A DNA stretch of 64,000 nt from the human T2T-CHM13v2.0 reference genome, Homo sapiens. The translations under genes were made by a program, and so were the position numbers. The stretch is from NCBI RefSeq assembly GCF_009914755.1, contig NC_060945.1. One strand, 5' to 3'. Position 1 is the stretch's first letter, and each line of letters opens with the position of its first letter. The notes under the pieces are model-generated. The model did no database searches. It worked only from the letters and a program-made list of their open reading frames with translations, and had not been told where the DNA came from. Shown here piece by piece: positions 41,771-56,280 of the stretch.

Positions 41771-43724
41771 TTTAATTCAATACTTTTTAAATAATGTGCT
41801 TAAACTCATCTAGGTTTCTACTGGAGGGTATTCCTGAGCAATGAAAAGTAAAATGTTTTAGTGTAGATTGTGAATTTAAGATGATTTATAACTCCAGATG
41901 CAATAAAAATATTTTGCATATGAATAGTAGATTTTAGAAATAAGGTTGTCTTTAAGATACACTTCAGTTGTTGGCTTTTTTCATTAACAGTATTTAAGCC
42001 AGCAATAAATACATTCCTTAAGTCATTAATGCCCTGGAGTTTGACAAAGAAATAACCTAAATTTGGGAGAGTATGACATCTTATTGAGATTGATAAATGT
42101 TAACCAACAATGTGCTTCCTTTTGACAGCTGTGACCTTCTTTTTCGCCGACTTCGAATCATAACTAATGGGAAGGCCTTAGTAAGCTGAAATAATGAAAG
42201 CTGATTTATTTGGCCTTGGTCTAGGTTAGATACTAAATATCCAGGCAAGAGATCCCAGGGACAAGGCATAAACTAAAAATTAAAATGTGAAATCAAATGG
42301 CAGAAAAGAATCCAGACAGTGTTCATAAAGAGACTGTTTTTATATAATCATAGGACTAGAAAAATGTAATTTGGAACATTAGTTTTATGCTTATATTTTC
42401 TCAATCATGTAATTTTTTTATTGCTCTTAGTTTTCTGTAAAGTCTGTTTGCATCAATATAATTCAATTATTTAAAACATTTAATGCATAATTATTATTAT
42501 AAAAATAATTTAAAGATAGAGGTAAATGGAAAACCGAGGAATGTGTGTGGCAACTACCTTTAGAATGTAAGTATACAACCTTCAGGGGGAGCTAAACCAC
42601 CAATGAAACAAAATTCTGCCTGATCATATATCACAGACATAAAAAAGATACATCATAAAAATCCATGTGCCAATAATGGCTTTGTATTACCATTTAAACC
42701 TTATAATTACCTAAATGGAAACATGTTTTATTTCTGAAGCTGAAAAGACAATTTTCCATTTAATAACCATTTATTCTCAGTCCATGGTACACAATAATGC
42801 TTGCATGATTTGGAAACCGAATTAATCAGTTTTTCAGTTCCAGTATAATTAAAGGTGTTCATATCTGCTTTCAGTAACAAAGGGTCATTAAACTAGAGAA
42901 AAAGGGATAAATATTAACCTCACAGATTACTTTTATAGGTTCGGTGCCACTGTGAACCACCTCTATATTATAAGTGTTCATTATACCATTTCTTTTCAAT
43001 GAATCCATTCAATACATTAAGATGTAAATAATGAACTGATACCTAAATTAACAACAAAACATTAACTCCCATTTTCCTCACTCTCGCCTTGCATTAGTCC
43101 CTCAGCTGCTGATGGATCTATGGATAGTCTCAGACACACATCTGCTTCTCTGACACAAAGGATTATGATGAGGAAATAAAAACACCTTAATATAGCCAAA
43201 ATCATACAATAATATTATTAAGAAATAAAATTAAACCAAATTTAATAAACCAATAAACTTCAAAATAAAACCTCATTGACCCTTAAGTATTAAAAGGTGA
43301 TTTATTCAATTACCCATAGTATGTTATTAACATAGCTATGACTTCTTTGTATTTGTTAGAAATTTTATATTAAGAAATATATACAGTAGTTCCCAGTAGA
43401 AATTTATATAAAATACTCTATTTTACATATGTAATGAAATCTAAGATTTAAAAGAGATTCTTTACTCTGGGGAAAATAATGGTGGATTAATTAATTTGGT
43501 ACTCTTTTAGGGCCTTTCTAAATTAAAACTCCACATTACAATTTCCAATGCAGCCCACAAACTTAAATTTATGAAGAAATTTAACAAATCTACTAAGAAA
43601 TAAATTCAAAATCTGTAAAATATGCAATTTTAATGTCATTTAAAACTTTTATTGCAAATATTCCTGTTATTAGCAAAGTAGAATCAATGTAATTCAGCCT
43701 ATTAAGAGAGTAAATTAAAAATCC

Positions 43725-44400
43725 ACTTCATACCCATTAGGATGGCTATCATATATTTAAAAAACAAAACAAACGGGTATTTGTGAAGAGAGAGAAACTA
43801 GAACTTTCTGCCTTACTGGTGGGAAAGTAAAATAGTGCTGCTGTGGAAAATAGTATAACAATTTAAAACTAAACATAAAATTACCCTATGACTCTGCAAT
43901 TCTACATTTGAGTACATACACAAAATAATTGAAACAGCAATTCAGACAGCTTATTTTGCATCCATGTTTATAGAATCCAAATGTCCTTCGATGAATGAAT
44001 GGATAAACAAAATTTGGCATTTATACACAATGCAATGTTACTCAGCTTTAAAAAGAAATGAAATTCAAACACATGCTATAACATAATGAACCTTGAATAT
44101 ATCATGCTAAGTAAAAAATAATAATAACCAGACACGACAGGACAAATATTGTATGATTCCACTTAATGAGGTGCCTGCAGTAGTCAAATTCATAAAGATG
44201 AAAAGTAGAACAGTGGTTACCAGGGCCTGGGAGAATCAATAATGGGGAGTTATTGATTAGGGGATACAGTTTCAGTTGAGGAAAAAGTTCTGAAGATTTA
44301 TAAGGGTGATTGAACAACAATGTGAATACGTTTAATGGCACTGACTTGTACATTTAAAAATAGTTACAAGGATAAATTTTATGTTTTCAAAATTTAAAAA
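43725..44400 (+). mobile_element. L1MB3/4-like 3' end
   Basis: cacttcatacccattaggatggct...gacaaatattgtatgattccactt...gtggttaccagggc. Confidence 0.85.
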
Positions 44401-44577
44401 AAAGATCTTAATTGATGCAGAAAAATTATCTGGCAAATCCAATATCTATTTCTCAAGTGTAATTGTATGCCTTTCAAAAATAATTCTGTGACTTTGTTGA
44501 AGGCTACGAGCCTACTGTGTGTGCCTAATTTACTTTTCATCTACTTGGGAATACCACTTAACTTCAAGTTTCACCTT

Positions 44578-45151
<574 letters not shown>

Positions 45152-45224
45152 TCACCTCAATTACAATTACCTTCTGGACCCTTCTCCCTTAACCTTTTTC
45201 TGTGACAAGATGAAGATTCAATTG

Positions 45225-47540
45225 CTTTACTTTTATTGTTGATTTACTGACTGCTTTATCAAAAATTTATCAAGAATATTGTATTTGATCAAACGCTTTC
45301 TGCATGTGTTATTTTTAAACGTGCTAATAAATTGAACTACCTCGATCAATTTATATACCTCATTATATTTTCTTGATTATGTTTAGTAGTTTTATTATTA
45401 TTATTATTATTATTATTGTACTTTAAATTCTGGGATATATGTGCTGAGCGTGCAGGTTTGTTACATAGTTATACATATGCCCGGGTGGATTGCTGCAACT
45501 ATCAACCAGGTTTGCAATTAGGTTTTAATCCCCGCATGCATTAGGTATTTGTCCTAATGCTCTCCATCCCTTTTCCCCCACACCCTGCAACAGGCCTCAG
45601 TGTGTGATGTTCCCCTCCCTATGTCTATGTGTTCTCATTGTTCAACTCCCACTTATGAGTGAGAACATGCGGTGTTTGGTTTTCTGATCCTGTGTTAGTT
45701 TGCTGAGAATGATGGTTTCCAGCTTCATCCATGTCCCTGCAAAGGACATGAACTCATTCTTTTTTATGGCTGCATAGTATTCCATGGTGTATATATGCCA
45801 CATTTTCTTTATCCATTCTATTATTGCTGGGCATTTGGGTTGGTTCCAAGTCTTTGCTGTTGTAAATATTGCTGCAATAAACATACATGTGCATGTGTCT
45901 TTATAGTAGAATGATTTACAATCCTTTGGGTATATACCCAGTAATGGGATTGCTGGGTCAAATGGTATCTCTGGTTCTAGATCCTTGAGGAATCACCACA
46001 CTGTCTTCCACAATGGTTGAACTAATTTACACTCCCACCAACAGTGTAAAAGAGTTCCTATTTCTCCACATCCTCACGGGCGTCTGTTGTTTCCTGCTTT
46101 TTTAATGATCGCCATTCTAATTGGTGTGAGGCAGTATCTCATTGTGGTTTTGATTTGGATTTCTCTAATGACCAGTGAAGATGAGCTATTTTTCATATGT
46201 TTATTGGCCGCATAAATGTCTTCTTTAGAGAAGTGTCTGTTCATAACCTTCACCCACTTTTTGATAGGGTTGTTTTTACACTTTTTCTTGTAAATTTGTC
46301 TAAGTTCCTCGTTAGTCTTGTGGATGCTTATTAATTTTATAGATCTTTTCAAAGAAAGATTTTAGTTTCATTAGTTCTTTCAATTGTTTTATTTTATTTT
46401 TTTCAATTTTAACCCTCTCTACCCTGAGTTTCATCATCTTCTTATGTCTGTTTACTTGGATTTTCTCTACTTTTCTATTTCTACTTTCTAAGGTGGCAAC
46501 AGAGGTCACTGAGATGAGGCTTTTATTTTTGAATATGGATATTTTGTATTATAGCATTCTTGTAATTTCAGGATTAATCCATTTTACAAATTTTGATGTT
46601 TTACTTTTATTATAAATCAAACTTTTTTATTTTGTTTTTTAAATTTTTTATTTGGCACTTCTAAATGTTGGTGAATTTTCTGGATATCTTTGTGTCATAG
46701 ATTTATAATTAATTTCATAAGAGACAGTCTTTTTTATGACTTGAATTTTAGCACAGAATAGAGTCTTATGTTTGTAAATGTTCCATGTATGCTTAAAAAA
46801 AGTGTACTTTGCTGGTTTTTGGAGTGTTTATAAATGTCAATTAGGTCAAGTTTGTTGGTACTCTAATTCAGGCTTATGCATTTTCTATATGTTCTGTTAA
46901 TTACTGAGAGAAAATTCTTGAAGTCTTGATGATGTAAATTTCACTATTCCTTCTTGCAATTTTATCATTTTTTAATTCCTGTACTTTGAAGCTCTGGTAA
47001 TATTTCAATATTTGAATATTGAACATCTTTTTCAGAATATAATGTCTCCCCCTAGCCCTAGTGATATTCTTTGTTCTGAAATTGATTTTGTATGGTAGTA
47101 CCATAGGTACTCTAATTTAATTTTTGTTAGTATTGCCATGGTATATGTGCTTCACTAACATTTTACTTATAAAAAATTTGTTTCTTTATATTGAAAATGG
47201 GATTCTTGCAGTTAGCAAACAGTTTAATCTGGGTGTTTATTCGAAAATGACAATCTGGTTTGTATTGGAATGTGTCCACTCCATATATTTCATGTGATTG
47301 TTGATATGCTTTTGTTTAACTGACCATTTGATATATTTTCCATTTGAACCATCTATTATTTGTTCCTCTCTCCCTTTTTTCACCTCGTTTTGCATCGAGT
47401 AATTAGCTGATACCTTTTTATCTCTTCTGTTCCCTTATTAGCTGTAAATGTGGTACATTGACTGATTTAGGGCTTATACTACACATCTTGAAGTTGTCAC
47501 ACTTTCTTCATGTGGCATTAGGAAGTCTCATGGTCTGTAA
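45225..47540 (-). mobile_element. Ancient L1M ORF2 fragment interrupted by L1PA7
   Basis: ORFs 46312-46509 (KSFFEKIYKINK) and 46901-47104 (KINFRTKNITRARGRHYI). Confidence 0.7.
45390..46311 (-). mobile_element. L1PA7-like 3' end with (TTA)n tail
   Basis: ORF 45642-45884 is the ORF2p C-terminus; antisense 3'UTR. Confidence 0.93.
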
Positions 47541-48051
47541 TGAGGCTTTGTTTTTCAAGTACTATGAGGTCTCAGGAAATTTTGCTCTGCTCTTCTGGCT
47601 TTGTAACCCATTGTCTTATACCACCTCATAAGCCTTTAATTGAGGGCTCTAGTTCACTGCAAGTGCCTTGCATGAGAGGAAAACTTCTGCTGGTCTCTGT
47701 TTCCTCACAGTTTTCTACTGTTTAGGAAGATCCCTAATCCTTAGGACATGTCTATATTTAGTAAAATCCTCCAGGGGTTGGGGGAATCGTCAGGGATTAT
47801 CAGTTTATCAAGGAAGAACCTTTCTTCTCTATAATTTTAGTTTATGCAGTCCCTGCTTCTTCTTCAGGTGTTCAATACCATATAAAACACAATGATTGCA
47901 ATTTATTTGGGATTTTTTATTGTTGGAATGGAACTATTGGCCTACCATGATATAGCTATCTTACCTAATAAAGATTAATTTTAAAACAAATGAATAGGAA
48001 TTGTTATTTTCAAAATAATATTGGGTTAATATTTTAAAATAAAATCACACT

Positions 48052-48368
<317 letters not shown>

Positions 48369-48707
48369 TCAAAGTCTTTTAATAAAAACTGATGAATTCA
48401 GTTAATTAACATAACTTTTGAATATTATTAATACATTTGAATGCCTATCAATATCTTTTATTAAATGTGATTTGCTTTCCTGATTTTCATCTTGTCTTTT
48501 CTTTCTGATTGATTCTTTTATATTTTATTTTTGACTCAACAGTTTCAGTATATGAAATCTCCTTGTATTTTTGTACTTAAAATGTTATTTTATCTAAATA
48601 TTTTATTAATATTTTAAAATTTAAACTATATTTATCTGCCTTCTTGAACAATACAGATATTTCAGAACACTTTAACTCTGATTGTTTCTCTATAACTTAT
48701 ATGTTAC

Positions 48708-49190
48708 TATATTAATCTGTTCTCACACTGCTAATAAAGACATACCCAAGACTGGATAATTTATAAAAGAAAGAGGTTTAATTGGCTAACAGTTCCACAT
48801 GGCTGGGTAGGCCTCACAATCATGGCTGAAAGCAAATGAGGAGCAAAGTCACATCTTACATGGCAGCAGGCAAAGAGAGCGTGCACAGGAGAATTCACCT
48901 TTATAAAACCATCAGATGTCATGAGACTTATTCACCATCACAAGAACAGCACGGGAAAGACCCACCCCCATGATTTAATTACCTCGCACCAGGTTCCTCC
49001 CATGACACATGGTAATTATGGGAACTACAATTCAAGATGAGACTTGGGTAGGGACACAGCCAGACCATATCATTCCACCTGTGGTCCCCCCCAAATCTCA
49101 TGTCCTCACATTTCAAAACCAATCATACCTTCCCAACACTTCCCTAAAGTTTTAACTCACTTCAGCATTAAGTCAAAAGCCCGTAGTCCA
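48708..49190 (-). mobile_element. THE1C-like 3' LTR (48708-49072) plus ~120 bp of THE1 internal sequence
   Basis: LTR ends ccatatca, then ttccacctgtggtccccccaaatctcatgtcctcacatttcaaaacc (antisense PPT and internal). Confidence 0.9.
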
Positions 49191-49258
49191 TCTAAGTTAC
49201 TTTCCTCCAGTATTATGGTTTTGTCGTTTTTCAACTTCTTGAATTATTAGTATTTGTG

Positions 49259-49260
<2 letters not shown>

Positions 49261-49296
<36 letters not shown>

Positions 49297-49384
49297 GAGA
49301 GAGAGAGCAAATATATATATACAGATATATATAAATATATATACAGATATATATATACAGATATATATATATATATATATATAG
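49261..49384. repeat. Compound (TA)n/(GA)n microsatellite
   Basis: Seen directly. Confidence 0.95.
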
Positions 49385-49724
49385 AAAGAGCAAACTCTGT
49401 ATTTACCATTAATTTTCTCACTCTTCTTGCATTTCAGATAGATTCTGGAATTTTTTTCTTCTTTTTGTATTATATTCTATTAATAAAGGCATTTGTATAT
49501 AAGCTATGTGTTTTTTACTAAAAATATTTTATTTAACATTTATTATACTTTATTGAAGCAAAATTCTAGATTGACACTTTATTTTATTTCAATATTTTGA
49601 AGATATTATCCCATCATCTTCAGGCATTCATTGTTGTTGAGAAATATACTGACACTATATTTCTACAGAAGGTTTTGGCCTTCGTTGATAATATGCAAAT
49701 CTATATCTGATGTAAAATTGTTTC

Positions 49725-50084
49725 GGTCTTAGTCATTTGGGGCAGGTTTAACAAATTACCATAAACTAGGTGCCTTATAAACTGCAGAAACTCATTTCTC
49801 ACAGTTCTGTGAGGGCTGGAAGTTTTAGATCAGGGTCCAGCACAATTGGGTTCTGCTGAGGGCTCTTTTTTAGACTGCAGAGAGCTGAAGTCTTTTTGTA
49901 CCTTCACATGGCAGATAAGAGCCACCTAGCTCTCTACACTCTTCTCATAAAGGCATCAATGCCATTTATGATGTCTCTATCCTCATGACCTCATTACATT
50001 TTAAAGGCTTCACCTCCAAATATCATCACATTGGGATTAAGGTTCAATGTATGAATTTGGGGTAAGCAAATTCAGTGCATTGCA
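49725..50084 (-). mobile_element. MLT1A-like solo LTR
   Basis: gtcttagtc...tttctcacagttctg...tatgaatttgggg...cattgca. Confidence 0.82.
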
Positions 50085-50503
50085 CTTTTTCTCTTTGAAA
50101 GTGTTCTGACATTTCACTACCTAGAGTGAAGATGTTTTTTATACCTCTTCTCTAGAAAAATAATTCCGATTCATTAATGTTGTAATCATTTTTGTGAATA
50201 TTGTCATTATCTCCTTTCATAAATTTCCTTTTTCTTGTGACTTTAACTAATATCATGGTAGAGCTTCATATTTGATTTATTTCTCAAAACTATCTTCAGT
50301 AGTTTTCACTTACTTGCCTCTTTCTTCTTCATTCTGTTTAAATCTTACAGACAAATCTACTTCCTTGACTTTATCTTCAACTATGATTTATCTTCTCTAC
50401 AATCTATCCATTGAAAGTTTCGTTTCAACAGCTTTATTCAGTCTATTCTTTCACAAATTTATTCAGCCATTCTTACTCCTTTCTAATCTTTTCTGAATCT
50501 TAC

Positions 50504-50999
50504 TATGATGGTTAATTTTATGTGTCAACCTGGCTGAGCCACAAGACGCCCAGATATCTGCTTAAACATTATTTTTGGGTTTACCTATGAAGGTGTTTCT
50601 GGAAGAGATTAGCATTTGAATTGCTGGATTGAGTAAAGCATATTGCCCTCCTTGATGTGGAAGGGGGTGTCATTATCCAATTAATCAAAGGCCTGAATAG
50701 AACAAATGGTGGAAGAAGGTTGGATTCTCTTTCTGCCTTACTACTTAATCTGGCGGAAATTCTTCTGCCCTTGGTGCTCCTGGTTCTAAGGCCCTCAGAT
50801 TTGAACTGGAATCTACACCACTGCCTCTCTGGCCCTCAGTCCTTTGTACCACAGTAGGAGTCTTCATGGGTTTCCAGTTTATAGACATTGCATTATGGAA
50901 CTTTCCGCTTTCATAATTATGTGAGTCAATAATCTTGTAATACCTCTCCTCTATAAGTATAAAATATGCTATGGGCTCTATTAGGAGAAGTCTAATATA
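50504..50999 (+). mobile_element. MLT2B-class ERVL LTR
   Basis: tatgatggttaattttatgtgtcaacctggctgagcc...ctaatata. Confidence 0.85.
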
Positions 51000-51850
51000 G
51001 ATTTTGGTGCCAAAAGTGGGGTGTTGCTGTAACAAATACCTAAAAATGTGGAAGCAGCTTTGGAACCAGGTAATGAAAAGATGCTGAAAGAGTTTTGAAG
51101 TGCATGCTAGAAGAGGCTGAGATTGTCATAAAAGGATTTTTAAGGTTATTTTGGTAAAGGCTCAGAAAAAAAGGAGGAAGGTGGGAAAGAAAGTCTCCAT
51201 ATTCTTGGCAAAGACAAAAGTAATATAAACAGAATTTTGATAGAAATATGGATGGTAAAGCCCATTCTGATGAGGACTCAGATGGAAATCAAAAACATGT
51301 TACTGGATAATAGAGAAAAGGTCATCCTTGTTATAAAGTGACATTGTTCTTATTTTAGTGTTTTAGGAATGGTAGAACTTGTAACATGTAATTGGATACT
51401 TAGCTGAAGAGATTTCTAATCAAAGTGCTAAAGTAGTAGACTTGGTTCCTCCTAACTTCTTATAGAAAAACACAAGAAGAGAAAATAACTTGAAGACAGA
51501 TTAATCAAAAGGAACTAGAGATTAAAGACATGGCAAATTCTTATTCTATGAATATTGCAATAAATAAGAAAGCATGTTTGGGAAAGAACACTGAGGGCGA
51601 GTTCAATTTACCCTTTGATAAAGAGATAAATACATGTGCAAACCATGGACTTAATCAGCTACCGTAGCAGGAAAATTGCCAATTCCAACTGAAGGGGAAA
51701 GAGAAAGGAATGAAGAAAGGTCAGACTTCTTAGGTTTCATAGGCTGGGACCATAGAGCTCTTTGGCTGTCAACACTGCTATACTCTTCAAGACAAGGGAA
51801 GGATGACCCAGAAAAATATTTGGAGATCATAAGGCTGTCTCCTTAGGTTC
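51000..51850 (+). mobile_element. MaLR-type internal sequence directly after the MLT2 LTR
   Basis: gattttggtgccaaaagtggggtgttgctgtaacaaatacctaaaaatgtggaagcagctttggaac; ggactcagatggaaat; aaaaggtcatccttgttataaagtg. Confidence 0.75.
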
Positions 51851-51879
51851 AAAATTAGGCTCAAAATAGTGGGGAAGAT

Positions 51880-52153
51880 TACCTCAGGAAACTTACAATC
51901 ATGGTGGAAGGTGAAGGGGAAGCAAGCCCATCTTAATGGTGGAAACAGGAGAAAGAGAAAGGGGAAGTGCTACACACTTTTAAACAACCAGATCTCATGA
52001 GAACTCTATCATAAGACAATACTTGAGGGATGGGGCTTAACCATTAGGAACCACCCTCATAATCCAATCACCTCCCACTAGACCCCACCTCTAACGCTGG
52101 GAATTACAACTCAACATGAGATTTGGGTGGGGACATAGAGCCAAACCCTATCA
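51880..52153 (-). mobile_element. MSTA-like LTR, partial
   Basis: cctcaggaaacttacaatcatgg...gagatttgggtggggacatagagccaaaccctatca. Confidence 0.88.
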
Positions 52154-52329
52154 TCTCTCTTACTGGATCCCAATGTTTACTGGTGGACACTAATAAATTA
52201 TTTACTGCAAAGCTCAGTTTGGTAAAGGGGGTTGGTGTTTGTAATTAACTCACATGGACTACAAAAAACTGTGGAACACAAAAGCTTAATCTTTGAATAA
52301 GACTGCAAGTCATAGTATTTCACTCTTAT

Positions 52330-52845
52330 TTCAGGTGTCAATTGTTTTAGAATAAATTGCACGAAAATGTAGTGACATAACAATCATTTTACCATATCTC
52401 ACAATTTTGTGAGTCCAGTAGTAACAATTAACCTCTGCTCTACACAATGTCATTTGGACTACAACATTCAAGATGACTTCTTTTCTCATATGTCTAGTAT
52501 CTTAGAGTAGCTGAAATGCCTGGGGGATAAATGGATGGAATGATTCAATTTGGCCCATAGGTCTAGGACCTCATTTCTCACTCTCTGCTTGTTTCTTCCC
52601 CAGTTGGTCTCTCAGGTGGCTTTTTAAGCATTTTGCAGCAGGCCGGCTGGGTTCCACAAGATAAAAAGTGGAGCTTGCTACACTGTTACAATGTCTGAGC
52701 TCAGATATCCCAAGTCATGATTTCTGATACAACTATTGGTCAAAACCACTCTCAAGGATGGTATATGTTGAACAGGAGGAAAAAATAAGCTCTATCTCTT
52801 GACATGAATTAAGTGTGCACTCAGGAAGAAGATATACTATTGAGA
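52330..52845 (-). mobile_element. Old MLT1 (G/H/I class) LTR
   Basis: tctcacaattttgtgagtc; tcaagatgacttc...tcatatgtct; ctattggtcaaa; ctctatctcttga. Confidence 0.6.
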
Positions 52846-52851
52846 AAATTC

Positions 52852-52980
52852 TTTTTTTAAGTTTTATTTTAAGTTCCTGAGTACAAGTGCAGGTTTGTCA
52901 CATACATAAACTTCTTTCATGGGGATTTGTTATACAGATTATTTCATCACCCGGGTGTTAAGCCTAGTACCCATTAATTT
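52852..52980 (-). mobile_element. Short L1PA10-13 class 3' end
   Basis: gtgcaggtttgtcacatacataaac...gattatttcatcacccgggtgttaagcctagtacccatt. Confidence 0.85.
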
Positions 52981-53194
52981 GGGTTTAACTGGAAAAATCT
53001 CAAACAAATTTTCTAACTTGTTTCCAAATTTCTTTTTACTTGTTTTGATTACTTGAAAATCGGAAAGTTATTTGGCTTAATGTCATTAAAAAATATTTCC
53101 CTGTGCTTAACTGTGTTGCATACCTATCTCATCTTTTGAGAATTTGGCATAGAAGCCAAACATTTTTAAATTAAAAACTAAAATCTAAAAGATA

Positions 53195-53243
<49 letters not shown>
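53195..53243. repeat. (TG)n microsatellite
   Basis: About 22 uninterrupted units. Confidence 0.97.
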
Positions 53244-53246
<3 letters not shown>

Positions 53247-54269
53247 ATTATAGCTGTTCCTATTTCGTTTGGATTTAAAAAAATACAATAATAAAATTTG
53301 ACTGTTATTAACATTTTAATAATTTAAAATCTAGAAAATTGAAAGCAAGCTTTTGAAAAGTTAAAAACATTTCAGTTGTTTCAGTAAAGAGAAATTACAT
53401 TTTCCTTTACATGTTTACTCAATATGTATTTTTCCTTCTATTACATTTTTATAATGCTCTTTTAAAATATTGCTTTTAATGTTCTTATAATCATACAAAG
53501 ATACATTTACACAGATATCTTTTGCCCTTCAAGCATTTTCTTTCAAGATAAAGTCATTTTAGTAAGCTTAGCTAAATTAATGAGCCAGAAGCATTAGGGC
53601 AACTGACCAACTCAAGTATTCTTATTGCTTTATTCAGTAGAAGTAGTTCCTATGATTTTGTGCTTAATTCACTCCATTTCACTGGTTCCCAAACCATGAA
53701 AACATTAATTTTATTCAATACTTTTCTTGGCATACTGACTGAATAACTTTCCAAGGAATGAGACATATGGCTGACTTATATCTGATCTAAGAAGATTCTG
53801 TCTTACTGGAACATAATTTTATAAAATTACCAATAAGTTTGTATGTCTAGAAAAAATACAAAGATATGCCTATTATGTACAACATCAAGGCCGTTAAATC
53901 TTTATATCTCTTAAACTCAATGACAAAGAGAATATTAACAACATTCTTTTGTCTTTTGCAAGTAAAGCAATTTTAGGTAAGTTTTTAAAATAATGGCTTA
54001 GAGAAGACTTAATTATTGTAAGTAAAATTATTCTTGTTACTCATGAAATTTAACAAATATGAAATCTCATTTAATGCCCTTTGGAAAAGTTCGGTCCTCC
54101 ACCATGTTTTGTGACGTCTATCTTACTTTATGTTGAAAGTTTTTAGGTTGTTGGTTTGTGGATTCCTTATTACAATCTTTAATATTAAAATATTTTGAAA
54201 TATGATAGAGTGAGAAAGAGAAGCCAGATAGTATCAAGGTGTCCAGCAGAGCAAGCACTAGAGTTGACC

Positions 54270-54960
54270 ATCAGTGGAATCCAGAGACAGCATAAACTTG
54301 GCAGATGGAAAAAATTATTTCTGTTCACTAATTTCTAATTGAAATTACCATTTCTACATGAAGATATGCAGCAGATTATAAAACTATGAGGATTAACTTC
54401 AGGTTGAATATTCCTCATTTGAAATGCTTGGTATCACAGATATTTCAAATTTTAAAAATTTTAAACAATTTTGGAATAATACACAAAATGAGATATCTTA
54501 ATGATGGGAATCAAATCTAAATACAAAATTCATTTATGTTTCATATTCACCTTATTTATATACATGGCCTGAAGGTAATTTTATACAATCTTTTAAATGA
54601 TTTTGAATATGAAACAAAGCTGTGACTGTGTTTTGACTGTGACTTGTCACATGAGGTCAGGTGTGAAATATTCTACTTTTGGTGTCATGTTGGTGCTCAA
54701 TAAATTTTAAATTTTGATGCATTTTGTATGTCATATTTTTGGATGAGGCATAATCAACTTGTATTACTTGTCACCAATATAAATCACATATTTTTCATAT
54801 AAGCCAACAGTTGTTCCAGATATCTCAAATAATATACTGGCTACCACTTTGAAGTTATAAAGGTTTTAGAATTGCTGCCATTATTTCTTATTAATGTATT
54901 AATGAATAAATACATGTATTAATATATTATCGATTGAATGTGTAAGTATAGATTTCTTAT
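54270..54960. mobile_element. MER113-like hAT-Charlie element interrupted by Tigger4b
   Basis: gatggaaaaaatta...ttcactaatttctaattgaaatt, then cttgtcaccaatataaatcaca...cagttgttccagatatctc. Confidence 0.65.
54400..54761. mobile_element. Tigger4b/MER46-like (TcMar-Tigger)
   Basis: TIRs caggttgaatattcctcatttgaaa / ttttggatgaggcataatcaacttg followed by TA. Confidence 0.82.
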
Positions 54961-55399
54961 AAAATGCATTTACTTTCATGAATTCGCAAATCTGCTCTAA
55001 GAAACAGGTACATGAATAAACAATGATTAAGAATTCCTCTGATTCTCTCAGGATAGTGTGGTTGTTATCTGATGTTTATGAATCCTTTCTCCATCTTCCA
55101 TTTCAGATTTCTCACTGTAGCTGGTACAAATACCTTTCCTAGTGAAATTACTCAGATTTTAACTTTTGAATTGCCTTGCCCTTGACAAACCATATTTGCT
55201 AAAATTGTTCTTTAATATGATCTGGCATAACAACACACCTTCTGTCAAATGTATAAGCAAAATGTATGATGTGCATTTTCAAAATATATCCTGACAATAA
55301 GTCTATTCATTCTGTATTTTCCAGCATGGTGTACAGCCTATCAACTCTAATGATTACGGTATCTACTATAAATTGTCATTATCCATGACTCACTAGGCA

Positions 55400-55690
55400 T
55401 TAAGGTTTTTCATATCATCCCTGCTTCTCACCACCTTTAAGTGATATTTCTTTGGACCAAGACATTATCTTCTTTTCCCTCATTATTGCAATGGAAGTCA
55501 AGCTGTTCTTACTACTTCTAGCACTGTCTCTCCTCCAGGTACTTCATCACACTCAGAGATTTGCTTCTTCTGCATGAATTAAATTATGCCAGTACTTTGC
55601 TGAGAATACTTCAATATATACCCAAACCGTTCACAATGAATAGTCAGTATGCCAACAATCTTTACTTATGACCTTACACAATCTTATTTT
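55400..55690 (+). mobile_element. L2 fragment
   Basis: ccaagacattatcttc...attattgcaat...atacttcaat. Confidence 0.55.
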
Positions 55691-55702
55691 ATGACTTCTT
55701 TT

Positions 55703-56255
55703 TGGGTAGTCTTAATTGGGTTTTCTGCCTATGGTCTCACAAAGGTAAAATCAAGGTGTTGGTCAGGCTGGGCTTTTGGCCAGAGGCCCTGGGAGGAATT
55801 TGTTTTAAGCTTATTCAGGTAGTTGGCAGAATTTGGTTTCTTGTGGATGTAGGAAGGAAGACTTCATTTCCTTGTTCACTGTCAGAGAGGACTCACCGTA
55901 TCTTCTAGAGAACTCCTTCCTCTTTAAATGAGCACTGCAACATTAAATTCTCCTCATGCTTGGGTGGCTTTGACTTCCTTATCTTCTACCAGCTAAGGAA
56001 AAAACAAACCAAACAAACAGGAAAAAAACCCTCTTTTGAAAGACCAGAGATTAATTATGCTTATTAAATTCATTTCTATTCTGAAAGTTTATCAAGCAAA
56101 GTCAACTGATTAGTAAACTTGATTACATCATCAAAATACCTCTTGCATTTAAATTAATATAGTCATGGACTAGATAGCTCATCATAATCACAGTCCTAGC
56201 TAGGAATTAGTCATGGAAACATTAAGTTGGCCATTTTAGAATTTTCCTTATGACA
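55703..56255 (-). mobile_element. MLT1E-class LTR
   Basis: ggtctcacaaaggtaaaatcaaggtgttggtcaggctgggc...ggccattttagaattttccttatgaca. Confidence 0.75.
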
Positions 56256-56280
56256 AGTGTAGAATACTTGGGAATGAGGA

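Noticed and set aside
49197-49421. IY-rich ORF, and similar low-complexity ORFs at 535 and 17851
   Set aside because: Translation of microsatellite or low-complexity DNA
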